Shown: positions 1-12,063, counted from the stretch's first letter. The stretch: 64,000 nt of DNA from an uncultured delta proteobacterium (GCA_963803435.1 CAWDML010000005.1:1-64000); one strand, 5' to 3'. Numbers and translations are program-made. Notes: generated by a model not told the origin, from the sequence alone.

Positions 1-1
1 C

Positions 2-2866
2 GTCCTGAAAGAACCACCCAGACTGAGCGAGGAGGAGCTGCCCGAGGCCCGCGTTCCGACGCACCTCGTGCGAAATCAGGTGCACATCCTGGGGGATGGG
101 CCCGCCGCCGGGTCGCTGTTCGAGGTGGGGCCGTACCGCGTGCTCCGCGGGCTGGTGCGTGCCCCGCAGGCCTGGCTGGTCGAGGCCACCGGTCCCGCCG
201 GCGATCGCGCGATCCTCCACCTGGTCCATTGTCGCAACGTCCGCAGCCGCGCCGAGGAGCTGGAGCGCCAGGCGTTCCAGGTGGATTTGGCGAGCGCCAC
301 CGTCGCCCTCTTCGACGAGCCCGGCTTCTCGGTGCAGGCGCACGGCCACGTACAGCGGGAGGACGGTACGCGCGTCCTCTTCTGGGCGCTGCCCTGGCAC
401 GACGGCGCCCTCCACCTCAACGCACCCGGCGCCACGATCCGAGACGTGGAGCACCTCCTCGACGTCGCTGTCGCCATCGCGGATCGCGTCGCCACCCGCC
501 ACGACCGCGAGCGCCTCGAGCCGCTGATGGCCGAGCAGCTGGTCGCGGTCACGAGCGGTGGCGCCCAGCTCCTCGGCGTCCCGAATCTTCATCCCGCCGA
601 GCTGGCTCGCCCCCGAGATGGCGTCGTGCCGGATGGCGCCCGAAGAGATCGCGAACCTCGTCCCCACGCGGATCGGCGACATCTGGCGCCTCGGCCAGGC
701 GCTGACCGCGCTGGCCGCGCGCTTCGAGGCCATCCCGAGCGCGCTCTCCAACCTCCTCCGCTGGATGACGCACGAGGATCCGCGCAAGCGTCCGCCCCGC
801 GCCCTCGAGGTTCGCGTCGAGTGCGCGTCGATCAAGGACAAGCTGAGCCGAGCGCAGCTCACGCGCCCGTCGCCGGCCACCCAGCGCCCCTCGCTCTCCT
901 TCGAGGAGGTCTCGCAGCTGATCGTCGCGACCCTCGGCCCGACGAGCGAGCTCGACGTCGCCAAGTTTCGCCAGAGCATGCAGATCCTCCACGGTGAGGA
1001 CGAGGTGACCCTGGCCGGCTCGGTCAACGTGAAGGCGCTCGACAAGCCGCCCAGCCCCACCGGCGTGCCGCCCTGGGCCTTCTTCTTCTCGGCGCTCGAG
1101 TACGAGCGCTTCGTCTCGCTGGTGCAAGCCGATCTCGACGCCCGCCGTCTCGGCCACCGCCTGGGGACCGGCGTCGTTCAGCTCATCGCCGAGGACGGCG
1201 CGGAGCTCGAGTACCTCGGCCTCTCCGAGGTGGCGCGGGATTGCTTCCGCTCGGATCCCGAGCGGTGGGCCGATCCTGATCGGCGCCGACTTCGCACGCC
1301 AGATCGGTGAGACCGCCGTGACGGTCGACGACAGCCGGGCGCGCATGATGAGGCCCGCGGATCACGACGAGCCCACGCAGCGGATCGCCGAGCATCACCC
1401 CCGACCGAACGACACCGAGCCTCCGACCGAGCCGCCCACCCAGCCGCCGGCGCCCCGACCCAAAGGCGATCGCGTCACCATCACCGTCGGCGGCGCCGTC
1501 GATCTCCACGCGATCGTCGAGAAGAACGAGACCATCCCAGCCCGCCCGCGCGGCATCGACGAGCCGCTTCCGCCCCGGATTCGAAGATCCGCGCCCGGCG
1601 CTGGCCGGACCCCACCCGACCAGCCCTTACGCCGGGACCCTCCCCAGCGCGCACCCGGGAGACGGGCATGTCCCCGACAGCCTCCGCGCGGAGCCGGTGG
1701 CCCAGGCGCCCGCCGACGATATTCCGTTCCTGGAAACGCTCCCGAGCCCGTCGCGTCCCGGTCGGGTCCCCGACGACCTGAGGGCTCAGGCGCAAGCCAA
1801 CCTGCATCCGGAGCTGCATGCGCCTCGGACCGGAACGATCCCGGCGTCCGGTCCATTGCCCCCCCATCCGGGGGGGCGCGCGCTCGTTTTCCCGCGACCA
1901 CAGTTGCCGCTGGTCCCGCCCGCCGTCGCCAAGGGCTACACGCTGCCGGCCCGTCCGGATCAGCTCCGGTACTACTCGCCTCCACCCTCGCCTCGCCCTG
2001 CGCCGCTGATCGAAGGGCGCGGCACGCTCGATCCCGCCACGGCGGCGGTCGCGCGCGGCGGCGGGCTTCGCAACGCGATGGTGGCGCTGCTCCTGATCGT
2101 CACCGTCGCCGCGATCGTGGGCGCGATCGTGCTGGCCGAGCGACCCCACGAGGAGAGCGGGCCACAGTTCACCGAGGTCACGCTCGACGGCGAGATCATC
2201 GTCCGCGCCGACCCGCCGAATGCCGTGATGGTCGGTGAGGACGACGGCCGGATCCTGGGGCAGGCGCCGCTCCGGTTCCTGCTGGCGCGGGGCGGCGAGA
2301 TCGGCGTGATCGTCGCGGCACCCGGCCGCATCCCCAAGCGCGTCGGGCTCAGCGGCGCCGGCGAGATCACGGTTCAGCTCGATCCACTCCCCGCCACCGA
2401 ACCCTGCTCGGTCCCCTTCGAGGGCGCCTCCGCCCGCGACCTCTCGGGCGTAACCGGCAACATGAACGTCGCGCTCGATCACCTCGAGTTCACCGGCGCC
2501 TCCATCGTCCGCACCAAGCCGGGCTCGATGCAGAGCGGCGCCTGGATCGTCCGCTGCCCCGAAGCCGGTCTGACCGAGACCATCACGCTCGAACCCCGTC
2601 CCATCGAGCCCGCCGAGCTCCGGATCACCCAGCCGGAGAGCGCGGTCGCCTACGTCGAGGGCCAGGCGCTCGGCATGATCCCGGTGACGCTCACCGTCCC
2701 GGAGGCGTTCACGAAGATCGCGATCGACGCCGGCCACGGCGCCCGCGGGCCGCTCTGGGTCTCCGTCCGCGGGCCCACCGAGATCGCCCTCGGCTCGATC
2801 CCCGAGGATCTCGTCCGCGAGGTCAAGGAGGAGCGCCCCACGCGACCTCGACACGGGCGTCATTGA
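2..2866 (+). CDS. Membrane-anchored kinase-like (probable pseudokinase) protein with C-terminal PEGA-like domains; 5'-partial, with three apparent +1 frameshifts (~584, ~1268, ~1575)
   Basis: The frame is open from base 2. ORF pieces 68-, 558-, 1318- and 1697-2866 join into one protein if single extra bases are removed. Contains APE-like (RMAPEE) and GDIWRLG kinase subdomain motifs, a Pro-rich linker, a TM helix (ALLLIVTVAAIVGAIVL) and PEGA-like repeats (TQPESAVAYVEGQALGMIP). Confidence 0.55.
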
Positions 2867-2905
2867 TCCGAACCTTCCGTATCTTTCGATCGTTTGAAAT
2901 GACCC

Positions 2906-4114
2906 TCACCCGGCTTCCGGCTGGCCTCGACCTGGATAGGCGCGGAGCGCCTCGCCCAGGATCCGCACGCTCTTCACCAGCGCCGGGACCTCGAGCACGT
3001 ACGCGATCCGCGCCTCCTGCTTCCCCAGCCCGGGCGTCCCGTAGAATCCGGTCCCCGGCGCCACCATCACCGTCTCTCGATCCAGCTCGAAGCCGCTGAG
3101 AAGCCACTCGGCGAAGCGATCGACGTCGTCTATCGGCAGCGTCACCATCGTGTAGAAGGCGCCTTCGGGCTTGTGCGTCTTCACACCGGGGATCGCGTTG
3201 AGCCCCTCGACCAGGACGTCGCGCCGGCGCGTGTACTCCGCCACCACCTCGTCGAAGTAGCTCCTCGGCGTCTCGTAGGCCGCGATCGCCCCCAGCTGAT
3301 CCACGGTCGCCGGGCACAGGCGAGCGAAGCACATTCGCATGAACACGTTGGCGACCTCGTCGTTTCTCGTGAGCACGAAGCCGACCCGCGCGCCGCACGC
3401 GGAGAAGCGCTTGCTGACGCTGTCGACGACGATGACGCGGTCGCGCGCGCAGTCGAGCGAGAGCGCGCTCGTCACCGCGACGCCGTCGTAGGCGAACTCG
3501 CGGTAGACCTCGTCGCTGATCAGATACAGCTCGTGCTTCTCTGCGAGACGTCCGAGCCGCTCCACCTCGTCGCGCGTGAAGATGGTGCCGGTCGGGTTGC
3601 CAGGCGACGTGAACACGATCGCGCGCGTGTGCGCGCTGATCGCCGACTCGAGCGCCGCCTCCGGCGGGAGGTGGTAACCGTCGTCAGGACGCGCCGCCAC
3701 CGACACCAGCCTCACGCCCATCTCCGTCGCGAAGCCGGCGTAGTTCGCGTAGAAGGGCTCGATCGCGATGATCTCGTCGCCGGGATCCGCGACGGCCGCG
3801 AACGCGAACTGGAGCGCCTCCGATCCGCCCACCGTGACGTTGATGTTCTCCTTCGGCACCGGCACCCCGTGGCTCGCGTAGTCGCGCGCCACCGCGGCCC
3901 GCAGCTCGGGGAGTCCCTGCGAGGGACCGTAGGCGAGGACCGTGTCGTCGAAGTTTCGGTAGGCCTCGATCATCCGGCGAGGCGTGGCGATGTCGGGCTG
4001 ACCGATGTTGAGCTGATGGACGTGCACCCCACGGGCGCGGGCCCGATCGGCGAAGGGCACCAGGCGTCGGATGGGAGAGGCGGGCATGGCCTCGCCACGT
4101 CTCGAGATGCGCAC
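2906..4114 (-). CDS. PLP-dependent aminotransferase class I/II (aspartate aminotransferase-like)
   Basis: Motifs LNIGQPD, SPGNPTG, ISDEVY and the PLP lysine in SVSKRFSACGARVG. Confidence 0.9.
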   Translation of the reverse strand: MRISRRGEAMPASPIRRLVPFADRARARGVHVHQLNIGQPDIATPRRMIEAYRNFDDTVLAYGPSQGLPELRAAVARDYASHGVPVPKENINVTVGGSEALQFAFAAVADPGDEIIAIEPFYANYAGFATEMGVRLVSVAARPDDGYHLPPEAALESAISAHTRAIVFTSPGNPTGTIFTRDEVERLGRLAEKHELYLISDEVYREFAYDGVAVTSALSLDCARDRVIVVDSVSKRFSACGARVGFVLTRNDEVANVFMRMCFARLCPATVDQLGAIAAYETPRSYFDEVVAEYTRRRDVLVEGLNAIPGVKTHKPEGAFYTMVTLPIDDVDRFAEWLLSGFELDRETVMVAPGTGFYGTPGLGKQEARIAYVLEVPALVKSVRILGEALRAYPGRGQPEAG

Positions 4115-4140
4115 AGCTTCAATTCGGGAGCCGCGCGCGA

Positions 4141-4641
4141 TCAGTCAACTCGTTCCAGCTCCACCATCCATTGGTACCGAAGGAATTCGTGCGGGGGACC
4201 CAGGCGGAACCGCGGGAAGGCGCGGACAGCGTCCTCTCTTTGGATCGTCTCGGAGGCCGGCGGGCCGACGGGACGCGCTCCTGAGGCCCAATCGATCAGC
4301 ACCAGACGCCGCGTCAGGACGGACAGCCGGGCCCGTGCGTCGGCATCGAGAAACCGCAAGACCCCGGCCGCGAACACCAGATCGACCGGCGCCTCGACGT
4401 CGGCGAGAGACCGGCGCACCTCGAAGCCGGCCCGAATCAGCCGCGCGAGCTGCCCGTCCTCGGGCTCGACGGCGATCAAGCGCCCGACACAGGGCGCGAG
4501 CCACCGCGCGAAGTATCCGGTACCGGCACCCAGGTCCACGGCGGTCTCATCCCCGCGCAGCGCCAGCGCGCGAACAACCTCGAGCGGGCGCTGCCACGGG
4601 TCGCGCGCGCCGGACTCGAACGCGTCGGTCAGATCCTGCAT
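4141..4641 (-). CDS. Class I SAM-dependent methyltransferase
   Basis: C-terminal part of ORF 4141-5901. The ATG at 4641 overlaps the UbiA stop (TGATG). Motif I VDLGAGTGYF; RDPWQRP N-terminus. Confidence 0.75.
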   Translation of the reverse strand: MQDLTDAFESGARDPWQRPLEVVRALALRGDETAVDLGAGTGYFARWLAPCVGRLIAVEPEDGQLARLIRAGFEVRRSLADVEAPVDLVFAAGVLRFLDADARARLSVLTRRLVLIDWASGARPVGPPASETIQREDAVRAFPRFRLGPPHEFLRYQWMVELERVD

Positions 4642-5528
4642 CACATCGCGAGCACGCCCGGTAGATCGAGCCAGATCCACAGGTGATAGAGGCCGAGCAT
4701 CGCCACGCCGACCCAGGACATGATCGCCGGATCCGACGGCCCGAGCCCTCGCTTCGACGCCGGGCGGAAGAGCGCGAGCAGCACGAGCGGCCCCGCCATC
4801 AGCACCAGCACCCGCACGGGGAGAAAGTGCGTCGCATAGCCGACGATCAACGTCACCGCCGAGAAGGCGAGCAGCTGCTGGACGATCGTGATCGCGAGGT
4901 CCGGTCCCAGCACCACCGGCAGACTCTCGATGCCCGACGACGCGTCGCCGCGGAGGTCTCGAAGATCGGAGATGACGTCGAAGCTGATCGCCAAGAGGAA
5001 GAAGAAGAGTAACGCGATCAGGAGCGTCATCCCGTCGATCCCGATCGGGAGCCCGAAGAAGCCCCAACCGGCCTTCGCCAGCGGATACGCGAAGCAGCCG
5101 AGCACGAGCGCGAGCGCGGCGGCCACGTTCTTCACGATGTAGATCTGCTTGAGCCGGACGCGTCCCGGCAGGAGCGGGAAGTTGTAGAAGAGGCCCAGCA
5201 GATGAAAGCAGCCCCGCGTGAGCGTCAGCGTCGGCTCGTAGGGATGGAACACGCCCAACGACAGGCCGATCAGCGCGAGCGTGACGACGCGGATCGGCGT
5301 GCGGAAGCCGGACACGAACTCGACGCCCGGCACGCCGTTGACGCGGTCCTCCTTCAGATCCACGGACCGGTTCATCAAGCTGAAGACCAGCCAATCGAAC
5401 GCGACGATGGCCGCCACGGTCCAGGTGCGCTCTCCGGTGAACAGCCACCCGAACGTGAGCGCGCCCAACGCTGCGATCACCACGATGTGGAGGCGGGTGA
5501 CGCTTGCGAACGAACGGAGCGCGTCCAC
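4641..5528 (-). CDS. UbiA-family prenyltransferase
   Basis: Multi-TM protein with Asp-rich motifs NRSVDLKEDRVN and DLRDLRGD. Start uncertain (GTG 5528 chosen; ORF open to 5699). Confidence 0.8.
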   Translation of the reverse strand: MDALRSFASVTRLHIVVIAALGALTFGWLFTGERTWTVAAIVAFDWLVFSLMNRSVDLKEDRVNGVPGVEFVSGFRTPIRVVTLALIGLSLGVFHPYEPTLTLTRGCFHLLGLFYNFPLLPGRVRLKQIYIVKNVAAALALVLGCFAYPLAKAGWGFFGLPIGIDGMTLLIALLFFFLLAISFDVISDLRDLRGDASSGIESLPVVLGPDLAITIVQQLLAFSAVTLIVGYATHFLPVRVLVLMAGPLVLLALFRPASKRGLGPSDPAIMSWVGVAMLGLYHLWIWLDLPGVLAM

Positions 5529-5839
5529 GTCGAGAGGAGACCACGCGGTGCCGGCGGTGGCCACGTCCTGCGAAGCCCGCGACGCGTGGGTGCGACTCGG
5601 CGTTCGCGATCGCCGCATCGCACGGGGAAAAGTCGCGCGTGCGTCCGGAGGAATACGCGTTGCACGGGGAGCCGGCGCCGATCGGATCGCCACTCGCACC
5701 GCGGCCGTTGTACGACGGCCCCATGGGGATGAAGGCCGAGCATCCCGTGACCGCGGTCAAGATTGGAAAGATTACCGACCGGATAGTAGGATTCGGCCGG
5801 GCGGACGGAGCCCGGTGCGAGTGAATGAGGAGGCAAAGG

Positions 5840-7742
5840 ATGAGGCGTGAGCTTCGAACGACCCTGATTTCGGCCATCGTCTTCGGCGCGGGGGGCTGCA
5901 ACCCCGGCGGGCTCGACGACCCCCGGTTCCAAACGGGCAGTCAGACCATGGTGGCATCGAGCGATTACTCGGCGCTGTACGTGGCCAACGTCGACGACGG
6001 CACGGTCACCCGCGTCGACCCCACGGGTCACGGCGTGACCCGGACGGCCGTCGGCGGCGAGCCCACGCGGATCGCCCGCGCGAAGGACCGCGTGTTCGTG
6101 ACCCTCCGAGCCGAGCGCGCCGTCGCCGTCCTGGACGAGCGAGGCGACAGCCTCGAGCTCAACACCAAGATCCCGGTCGGCGCCGAGCCCTTCGGGATCG
6201 TCGCCAACGAGAAGGGCGATCGGGTGTACGTCGCCTCCTCCCTCTCCAACCGCGTCGACGAGAATCGACGCCGAGGGCCTCACGATCCTGCGCTCGTGGT
6301 CCATCCCCGCAGAGCCGCGGTGGCTCGCGCTCCACCCCTCGGGCGACACGCTCTACGTGGGCTCGCCGTTCTCACCGGACCTCTTCTTCATCAACCTCGA
6401 CTCCGACACGGTGCAGTCGGTCGCGCTGCCCCCGCAGGAGCTCCCCGCCGGCGGCTCGCTGCGACCGCGCATCACCGGTGACATGGCCGTCTCGCCGAGC
6501 GGCTACGAGGTCGTGGTGCCGGGCCTGTACGTGGACAACACCACGCCCATCAACGACAACGTGCCGCCGCCCTCGACGGGCTACTACGGCGCAACCGAGA
6601 GCGGCAGCGGCAAGCTGAACCCGACCATGGCCGTGATCCCGGTGTCCTCGACGGGCGAGCCGCTCCCCGACTACAGCTTCGTGCTCCTGGTCTCGAGCCG
6701 GGACTTCAATGGCTATCCGGCCGGCGCGACCTTCGATCCCAAGGGCGACATCGTCTACCTGCCGATCGAAGGCGGCCAGGGCATCATCGCCACCTCGATC
6801 GACACGGGCAGCGCCAAGGACGAGAACGTCCTCGAGAAGTACTTCGACGGCGGCGCCTCCTCGCCCTTCGTGTTCGACTTCAACCCGATCCAGCTGGTCA
6901 AGACGACCGGCGCGGGACCGCGGTCGGTCACGTTCCTCGAGAAGGATCGCGCCTTCACCCACGAGTTCATCGACAACCAGATCGAGAACCTGGGGGCGGG
7001 CCAGGTCGAAAACTCCCTGCGCGACGACCAGGCGGTCGCCTTCGGTGGAACGACGTTCACGGCACAGCGCCCGATCAAGGTGGCCGGCGAGGCCCTGCCT
7101 CCGGACGTCGCCGCGGGTCGCCGGCTCTTCTACACCAGCGACGACCGCCGGATGTCGGCCCCGTTCACCGGCCTGGCGTGCGCCACCTGCCACTTCGATG
7201 GCCGCAACGACGGTCTGACCTGGACGTTCGCCCGGGGGGGCCGGCAGACGCCCTCCCTGGCCGGAAAGGTGTCTCTGACCGAGCCGGTCCGCTGGGAGGG
7301 TGACCGAGAGACTGTCCAAGAGGACGCAATCCGAACCAGCAAGGAGGCGATGGGCGGCGATACCTCCCTCACCACCAACGATCTCGACCGTCTGGCCGCC
7401 TTCGTGGACTGGACCCGGGATCCCGACGTCCCCGTCGCCGAGCTCGATGCTGGGGCGGTGGCGCGCGGTCGCGGGATCTTCGAGCGTTCGGACGTCGGAT
7501 GCGCGGGGTGCCACAACGGCCCGCGAATGACGAACAATCAGCTCTACGACATGCTCGGGATCGACGGCGTGAAGACGCGTCCCTTGGTCGGGATCGCGAC
7601 CTCGCCGCCCTACTTCCACAACGGCTCGGCCGCCACGCTGATGGATGTCCTCGAGCGCTCGCGGGATGGCTCGATGGGCAACACGTCGATGCTGTCGGAC
7701 GCCGAGATGCACGACCTGGCCGAGTACCTTCGTTCGCTCTGA
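5840..7742 (+). CDS. Lipoprotein: YncE/YVTN beta-propeller fused to a di-heme cytochrome c (peroxidase/MauG-like) domain; frameshift ~6263
   Basis: Lipobox-like GAGGC; YVTN-like repeats (LYVANVDDGTVTRVD, PVGAEPFGI); two CxxCH motifs (CATCH, CAGCH); PYFHNGS. ORFs 5825-6481 and 6357-7742 fuse on removing one A in gag(a)atc. Confidence 0.8.
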
Positions 7743-7841
7743 TCCACCGTTCCGCGATCGCTTACCCCCTCGTACAGCACCACCGGCGGCGCCTTGCAGC
7801 GGACGGGGCGTAGGTCTACGCTCCCGGAAGCCTTCGCCCCC

Positions 7842-10089
7842 ATGCCGGAAGTGCAGTCCGAACAGTATCCGAGGCTGGGCCGCTATCAGGTGATCAACAA
7901 GATCGCCGCCGGCGGGATGGCCGAGGTTTTCCTCGCCAAAGCCACCGGCGCGATGGGCTTCTCCCGCCTCGTCGCCCTCAAGCTGATCCACTCCAACTTC
8001 ACGCGCGACGAAGAGTTCGTGAAGATGTTCATCGACGAGGCCCGGATCGCGATGCACCTGCACCATCGCAACATCGTGCAGGTCTTCGATCTCGATCAGG
8101 TCGGCGACACCTACTTCATCGCCATGGAGTTCGTGCACGGTGTGAACCTGTACGATCTGTACGAGCGGATCGCCTCCAAGAACCGCTGGATCGACCCGCC
8201 GATGGCGCTCTACCTGATCGCGGAGGTCTCGAAGGGGCTCCACTTCGCCCACACCCGAACCGGCACCGACGGACGACGGCTCGGCATCATCCACCGGGAT
8301 ATTTCACCTCAAAACGTCCTGCTCTCCTTCGAGGGCGAGGTGAAGATCACCGACTTCGGGATCGCGACCGCAGCGGAGCGCCTCCACCAGACGGCCGCCG
8401 GGATCGTCAAAGGCAAGTACGCCTACATGGCGCCGGAGCGGCTCCAGGAGAAGCCCATCGACGCGCGGGTCGACGTCTTCTCGGTGGGCGTCCTCATGTA
8501 CGAGCTGCTCGTGGGCGAGAATCCGTTCGCCGGCCCCTCTGCCGTCGAGACCATCGAGAACGTGCTGAACAAGCCGATCCCCTCCCCCTTCGGAGCGGGG
8601 CGCGCCCGTGAGCAAGCGGCTCGACGAGATCTGTCTGCGCGCGCTGGCGCGGGACCCGAACCAGCGCTACCCCTCCGGCCAGGCCCTCGCGGACGCAGTC
8701 ACCGAATACGCGATGGAGCTGACCCACGCGCGGAAGGACATGGCCGCCGGCGACGCCGCGCTCGCCGGGCTCTTGGGCGAGCTGTTCCCCGAGAAGGTGA
8801 GGAACCCGCCGCGCGAGGCCGATCCGAACAGCCTCAACCTCCCGGGCGTCGCCGTCCGCGTGGCCGACGTCCCGGCGCGTAACGGCACCGGCGACTTCAT
8901 CGAGACCCAGGAGGACCTGCCAGCGGAGGTGGTCTCGGCGGCGCTGCGCGACGACGACGACGCCGGCGACTTCGACGCGCCCACCGTGCTGCGGATGTCC
9001 GGCGCCAACTCGGGCCTGGTGACGCTCCCGCCCGACGGGCTGAAGGATTGTTGGAACGACGTCACTGGCGACGCCACCGCACCGACCGAGCTCCCCCGAT
9101 ACGACGCGGCCGACGCCACCATCAAGGCCCAGGTGGTCTCGCCCGACGAGGATCCGTACGCACGGACGATGCCCAGCACCAGCGGGCTCAACACGCTGCC
9201 CGACGACATGCCCGAGCCAGCGATCGTCTCACTCAACGACTACGGCCAGTTCTCGGCGCCGATCTCGAAGAGCGAGCAGCTGGTCCTCCCCGTCAACATC
9301 TCGAGCGCCGACCTGAGCGGCACGGGAACGCAGGTCAAGCGCACGTCCAAGCTCAACGTCATCGCCGGCCTCCTCCTGATGATCGCCGTGGTGGTGGTGG
9401 GCGCCGCACTGTTCGTCGTGAGCGGCAAGGAAGAGGTGCTGGTCCAGATCGAGACCAAGCCGCCTGGCGCCGAGGTCTACCTCGACGGTGTGAAGCAGGC
9501 CGACAGCACGCCCTTCACGCTCCCGCTGGAGGCCAACAAGCAGACCACGCTCGAGTTCAAGCTCAAGGGCTATCGTCCCGCGTCTCGGCGCATCCAGCCG
9601 CCCAGCGGGATGACCGTTTCGGTGCCGCTCGAAGAGATCACAGGCACCCTGGCGGTCAGCCGCACGCCCTCGGACGCCGAGGTGATCATCAACGGGACGC
9701 TCTACGAGGGCGAGGACGTGCGTCTGACGGGCCTCAAGCTGGGACAGCCGCTCGAGGTCGTGATCCAGGCCGACAAGTACCTGCACTACGAAAAGACGGT
9801 CACGCTGGATCTGGAGACGCCGAACCGCTCGCTCGAGGTCGCGCTCGCACCCGGACGTGATCGCGAGCCGCGGAAGGAGCCCGAGGTGCGGCCGGTCCAG
9901 CTGCTCGCCTTCGGCAGCGTCCTCCGGATCTCCCGTCACGGAAAGGTGCTGTGTCGCGAGACGCCCTGCAAGATCGACCTCCCGGTGGGCGAGGTGCGCC
10001 TCGATCTCCGCGACGACCAGAGCAAATCGGAGAAGACGATCACGATCGCCGTGAAGCCGACCACCAACGAGATCAGGTTGGAGTTTTGA
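7842..10089 (+). CDS. Ser/Thr protein kinase with TM helix and PEGA domains; frameshift ~8590
   Basis: IAAGGMAEV, VALK, HRDISPQN, DFG and YMAPE motifs in ORF 7794-8882. Continues in ORF 8608-10089 (TM helix, ETKPPGAEVYLDG PEGA). Confidence 0.88.
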
Positions 10090-10558
10090 TGCTCTGCTGC
10101 CGGTGCGCCAGCCGCTCGGCGCGCCGTTGCTCCGCCTCGCGCTGAAGCTCGAACTCGTGCTCCGTCTCCAGGATCAGCGGCGGCACGCCGGTGGGCTGGA
10201 ACGTCTCGTCGAGCGCCGTGAAGGTGAGCCGCGCCGAACAGCAGTGCCGGCGCTCGCCCGTCTCGGGCTGCTCGCTATGGACGTCGACCGAGACCTCCAG
10301 CGAGCGCCGGAACGTCGCGGTCACCACGGCCCGGAGCGACGCGACCATCCCGGTACGGATCGGCGCGTGAAAGTGCACCTCGTCCATCGAGGCCGTCACC
10401 ACCCGGGCGCGACAGTGTCTCTGCGCCGCGATCGCGCCGCAGATGTCGACCCACGAGATCACGCGGCCGCCGAACGCCGTCCCGAGCGCGTTGCTGTCGG
10501 AGGGCAGCACCAGCTCGTTCATGAACGTGATCGACTCGTCGGGTCGCTTGCCCTTCAC
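10073..10558 (-). CDS. Acyl-CoA thioesterase (hotdog fold, YciA-like)
   Basis: VLPSDSNALGTAFGGRVISWVD and VVTASMDEVHFHAPI. GTG start at 10558 overlaps the upstream stop. Confidence 0.88.
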   Translation of the reverse strand: MKGKRPDESITFMNELVLPSDSNALGTAFGGRVISWVDICGAIAAQRHCRARVVTASMDEVHFHAPIRTGMVASLRAVVTATFRRSLEVSVDVHSEQPETGERRHCCSARLTFTALDETFQPTGVPPLILETEHEFELQREAEQRRAERLAHRQQSIKTPT

Positions 10559-11076
10559 GGCGTCGAGTATAGCCCGCAGGACGCGAGCGCACTTCGCTCC
10601 GGTGCCGGCATCTCGGCGTGCCCCTCGCGGTACTTCGCCTCTTTGGCGCTGTCCTGCGCGGCCCAGACGTCGTAGATGGCGAGCAACCCCGTCGGGATCC
10701 CGCCCACCACCGCCAGCGCGATTCCGGCGCTGTGGGTGTCTTCGTTGCCCCGCAGGTGGAAGCCGATCCCGAGCGTCATGATCGAGCCGGTGATCGCGCG
10801 GAGGACGAACGACAGGAGCGCGTCCCACCCGCCTTCGCCGTAGAGCTGTCCGACCGAGGGACCGACGATCGACCCGATGGCGATGGCGCCCATGGAGATG
10901 TCGTAGCGGAGCCCTTCGTCGGCGCCGCGACCGGTCAAGAGGAGGCCGGTGGCGACGCCGATGGGGATGAGGGTGCTACCGACGGAGAGGAGGCTGGCGA
11001 TGGCGGGGTTCGGGGCGGCGTCGACGCGCGCAGGGAGGATGGCGAGGAGAGTGGCCAGCGCCAGCGCGCGTCGCAT
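10555..11076 (-). CDS. Hypothetical membrane protein with signal peptide
   Basis: Signal-peptide-like N-terminus and several hydrophobic segments; fits between its neighbours in an operon. Confidence 0.65.
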   Translation of the reverse strand: MRRALALATLLAILPARVDAAPNPAIASLLSVGSTLIPIGVATGLLLTGRGADEGLRYDISMGAIAIGSIVGPSVGQLYGEGGWDALLSFVLRAITGSIMTLGIGFHLRGNEDTHSAGIALAVVGGIPTGLLAIYDVWAAQDSAKEAKYREGHAEMPAPERSALASCGLYSTP

Positions 11077-11091
11077 GATGCCTCTACCGTA

Positions 11092-12063
11092 TCAAAGAGA
11101 AGCCTGGTCCGGGTCGATCTTCGCCTCGGGCGTCTTGGCGGTCTCGAAGGCGTTCCCCTCCTCCGTCTTCGCGATCGCGCGCTCGACACGGTCGAGGTTC
11201 ACCTTGGCGCGGGCGTAGAAGGGGCTGATGGTCAGCGCCTCCTCGAAGGCCGCCCTCGCCTCCTCCTGGTTGCCGGCCATCTCGTGCGCGAGCCCGAGGT
11301 TGTTGAACACGAAGTGCGGCGCATCGTCCTCGAACAGCTCCACGGCGGTCTCCAGCTCGTCGATGGCGTCGTCGGCCCGCTTCATATGGATGAACAGGAG
11401 CCCCAGGTTGTTGCGGTACATCGCGTTCAGGGGATCGAGCTCCACCGCACGCGAGAGCGCAGCCTCCGCACGCTGCCAGTTGCTGAGCGACATGGCCGAG
11501 CGACCGACCAGGTTCCACCCCGCCGGATTCTCCTTGTCGAGGCCGATCGCGACGGTCGCGGCGTCGTGCGCCTTCTGGAAGTCGTCCCGGCGCAGATAGA
11601 TGCGCGCGAGCTCTACCTGAACGTCGGCGACCCTCGGGTCGAGCTTGCTCGCCTGGAGGAGCGCCATCTCCGCCAGCTCGAGCTCGTTGATCTCGCGGCC
11701 GACGCGCCCGATCCGGAGCAGCGTGTCGACCGTGGGCGTGGTGCCGTAGAGCGACCTCCGAAGGGACACGAACGCGTTCTCCAGGTCACCCTCGGCCAGC
11801 GCCTGGTTGGCCGCCTCGACATAATCGATCCCTTGCTCCTCGGGCTCGAGCGCGAGCTCAGGCTTCTTCGGCTCCGGCGCAGGGACCACCACCGGCTGCG
11901 CCTCCGGGGTCACGACTTCGGCTTCCATCTCGATCGGCTGGACCTGGTACTCGGCCCGGTAGGGGGCCGAGAGAAGGAAGGCTGTCGCTCCGAGAATGCC
12001 CCCGCCGACCACCACGCCGGCGAAGATCTTTCCAATGCGGTCGTTCTTCTTTGTGATGCTCAT
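11092..12063 (-). CDS. Membrane-anchored tetratricopeptide repeat protein
   Basis: N-terminal TM; TPR patterns (YRNNLGLLFI, VFNNLGLAHE); GAGGAG RBS. Confidence 0.82.
   Translation of the reverse strand: MSITKKNDRIGKIFAGVVVGGGILGATAFLLSAPYRAEYQVQPIEMEAEVVTPEAQPVVVPAPEPKKPELALEPEEQGIDYVEAANQALAEGDLENAFVSLRRSLYGTTPTVDTLLRIGRVGREINELELAEMALLQASKLDPRVADVQVELARIYLRRDDFQKAHDAATVAIGLDKENPAGWNLVGRSAMSLSNWQRAEAALSRAVELDPLNAMYRNNLGLLFIHMKRADDAIDELETAVELFEDDAPHFVFNNLGLAHEMAGNQEEARAAFEEALTISPFYARAKVNLDRVERAIAKTEEGNAFETAKTPEAKIDPDQASL

Noticed and set aside
7784-7798. Sigma54-like motif before the Ser/Thr kinase
   Set aside because: GG-N9-GC spacing does not fit -24/-12.
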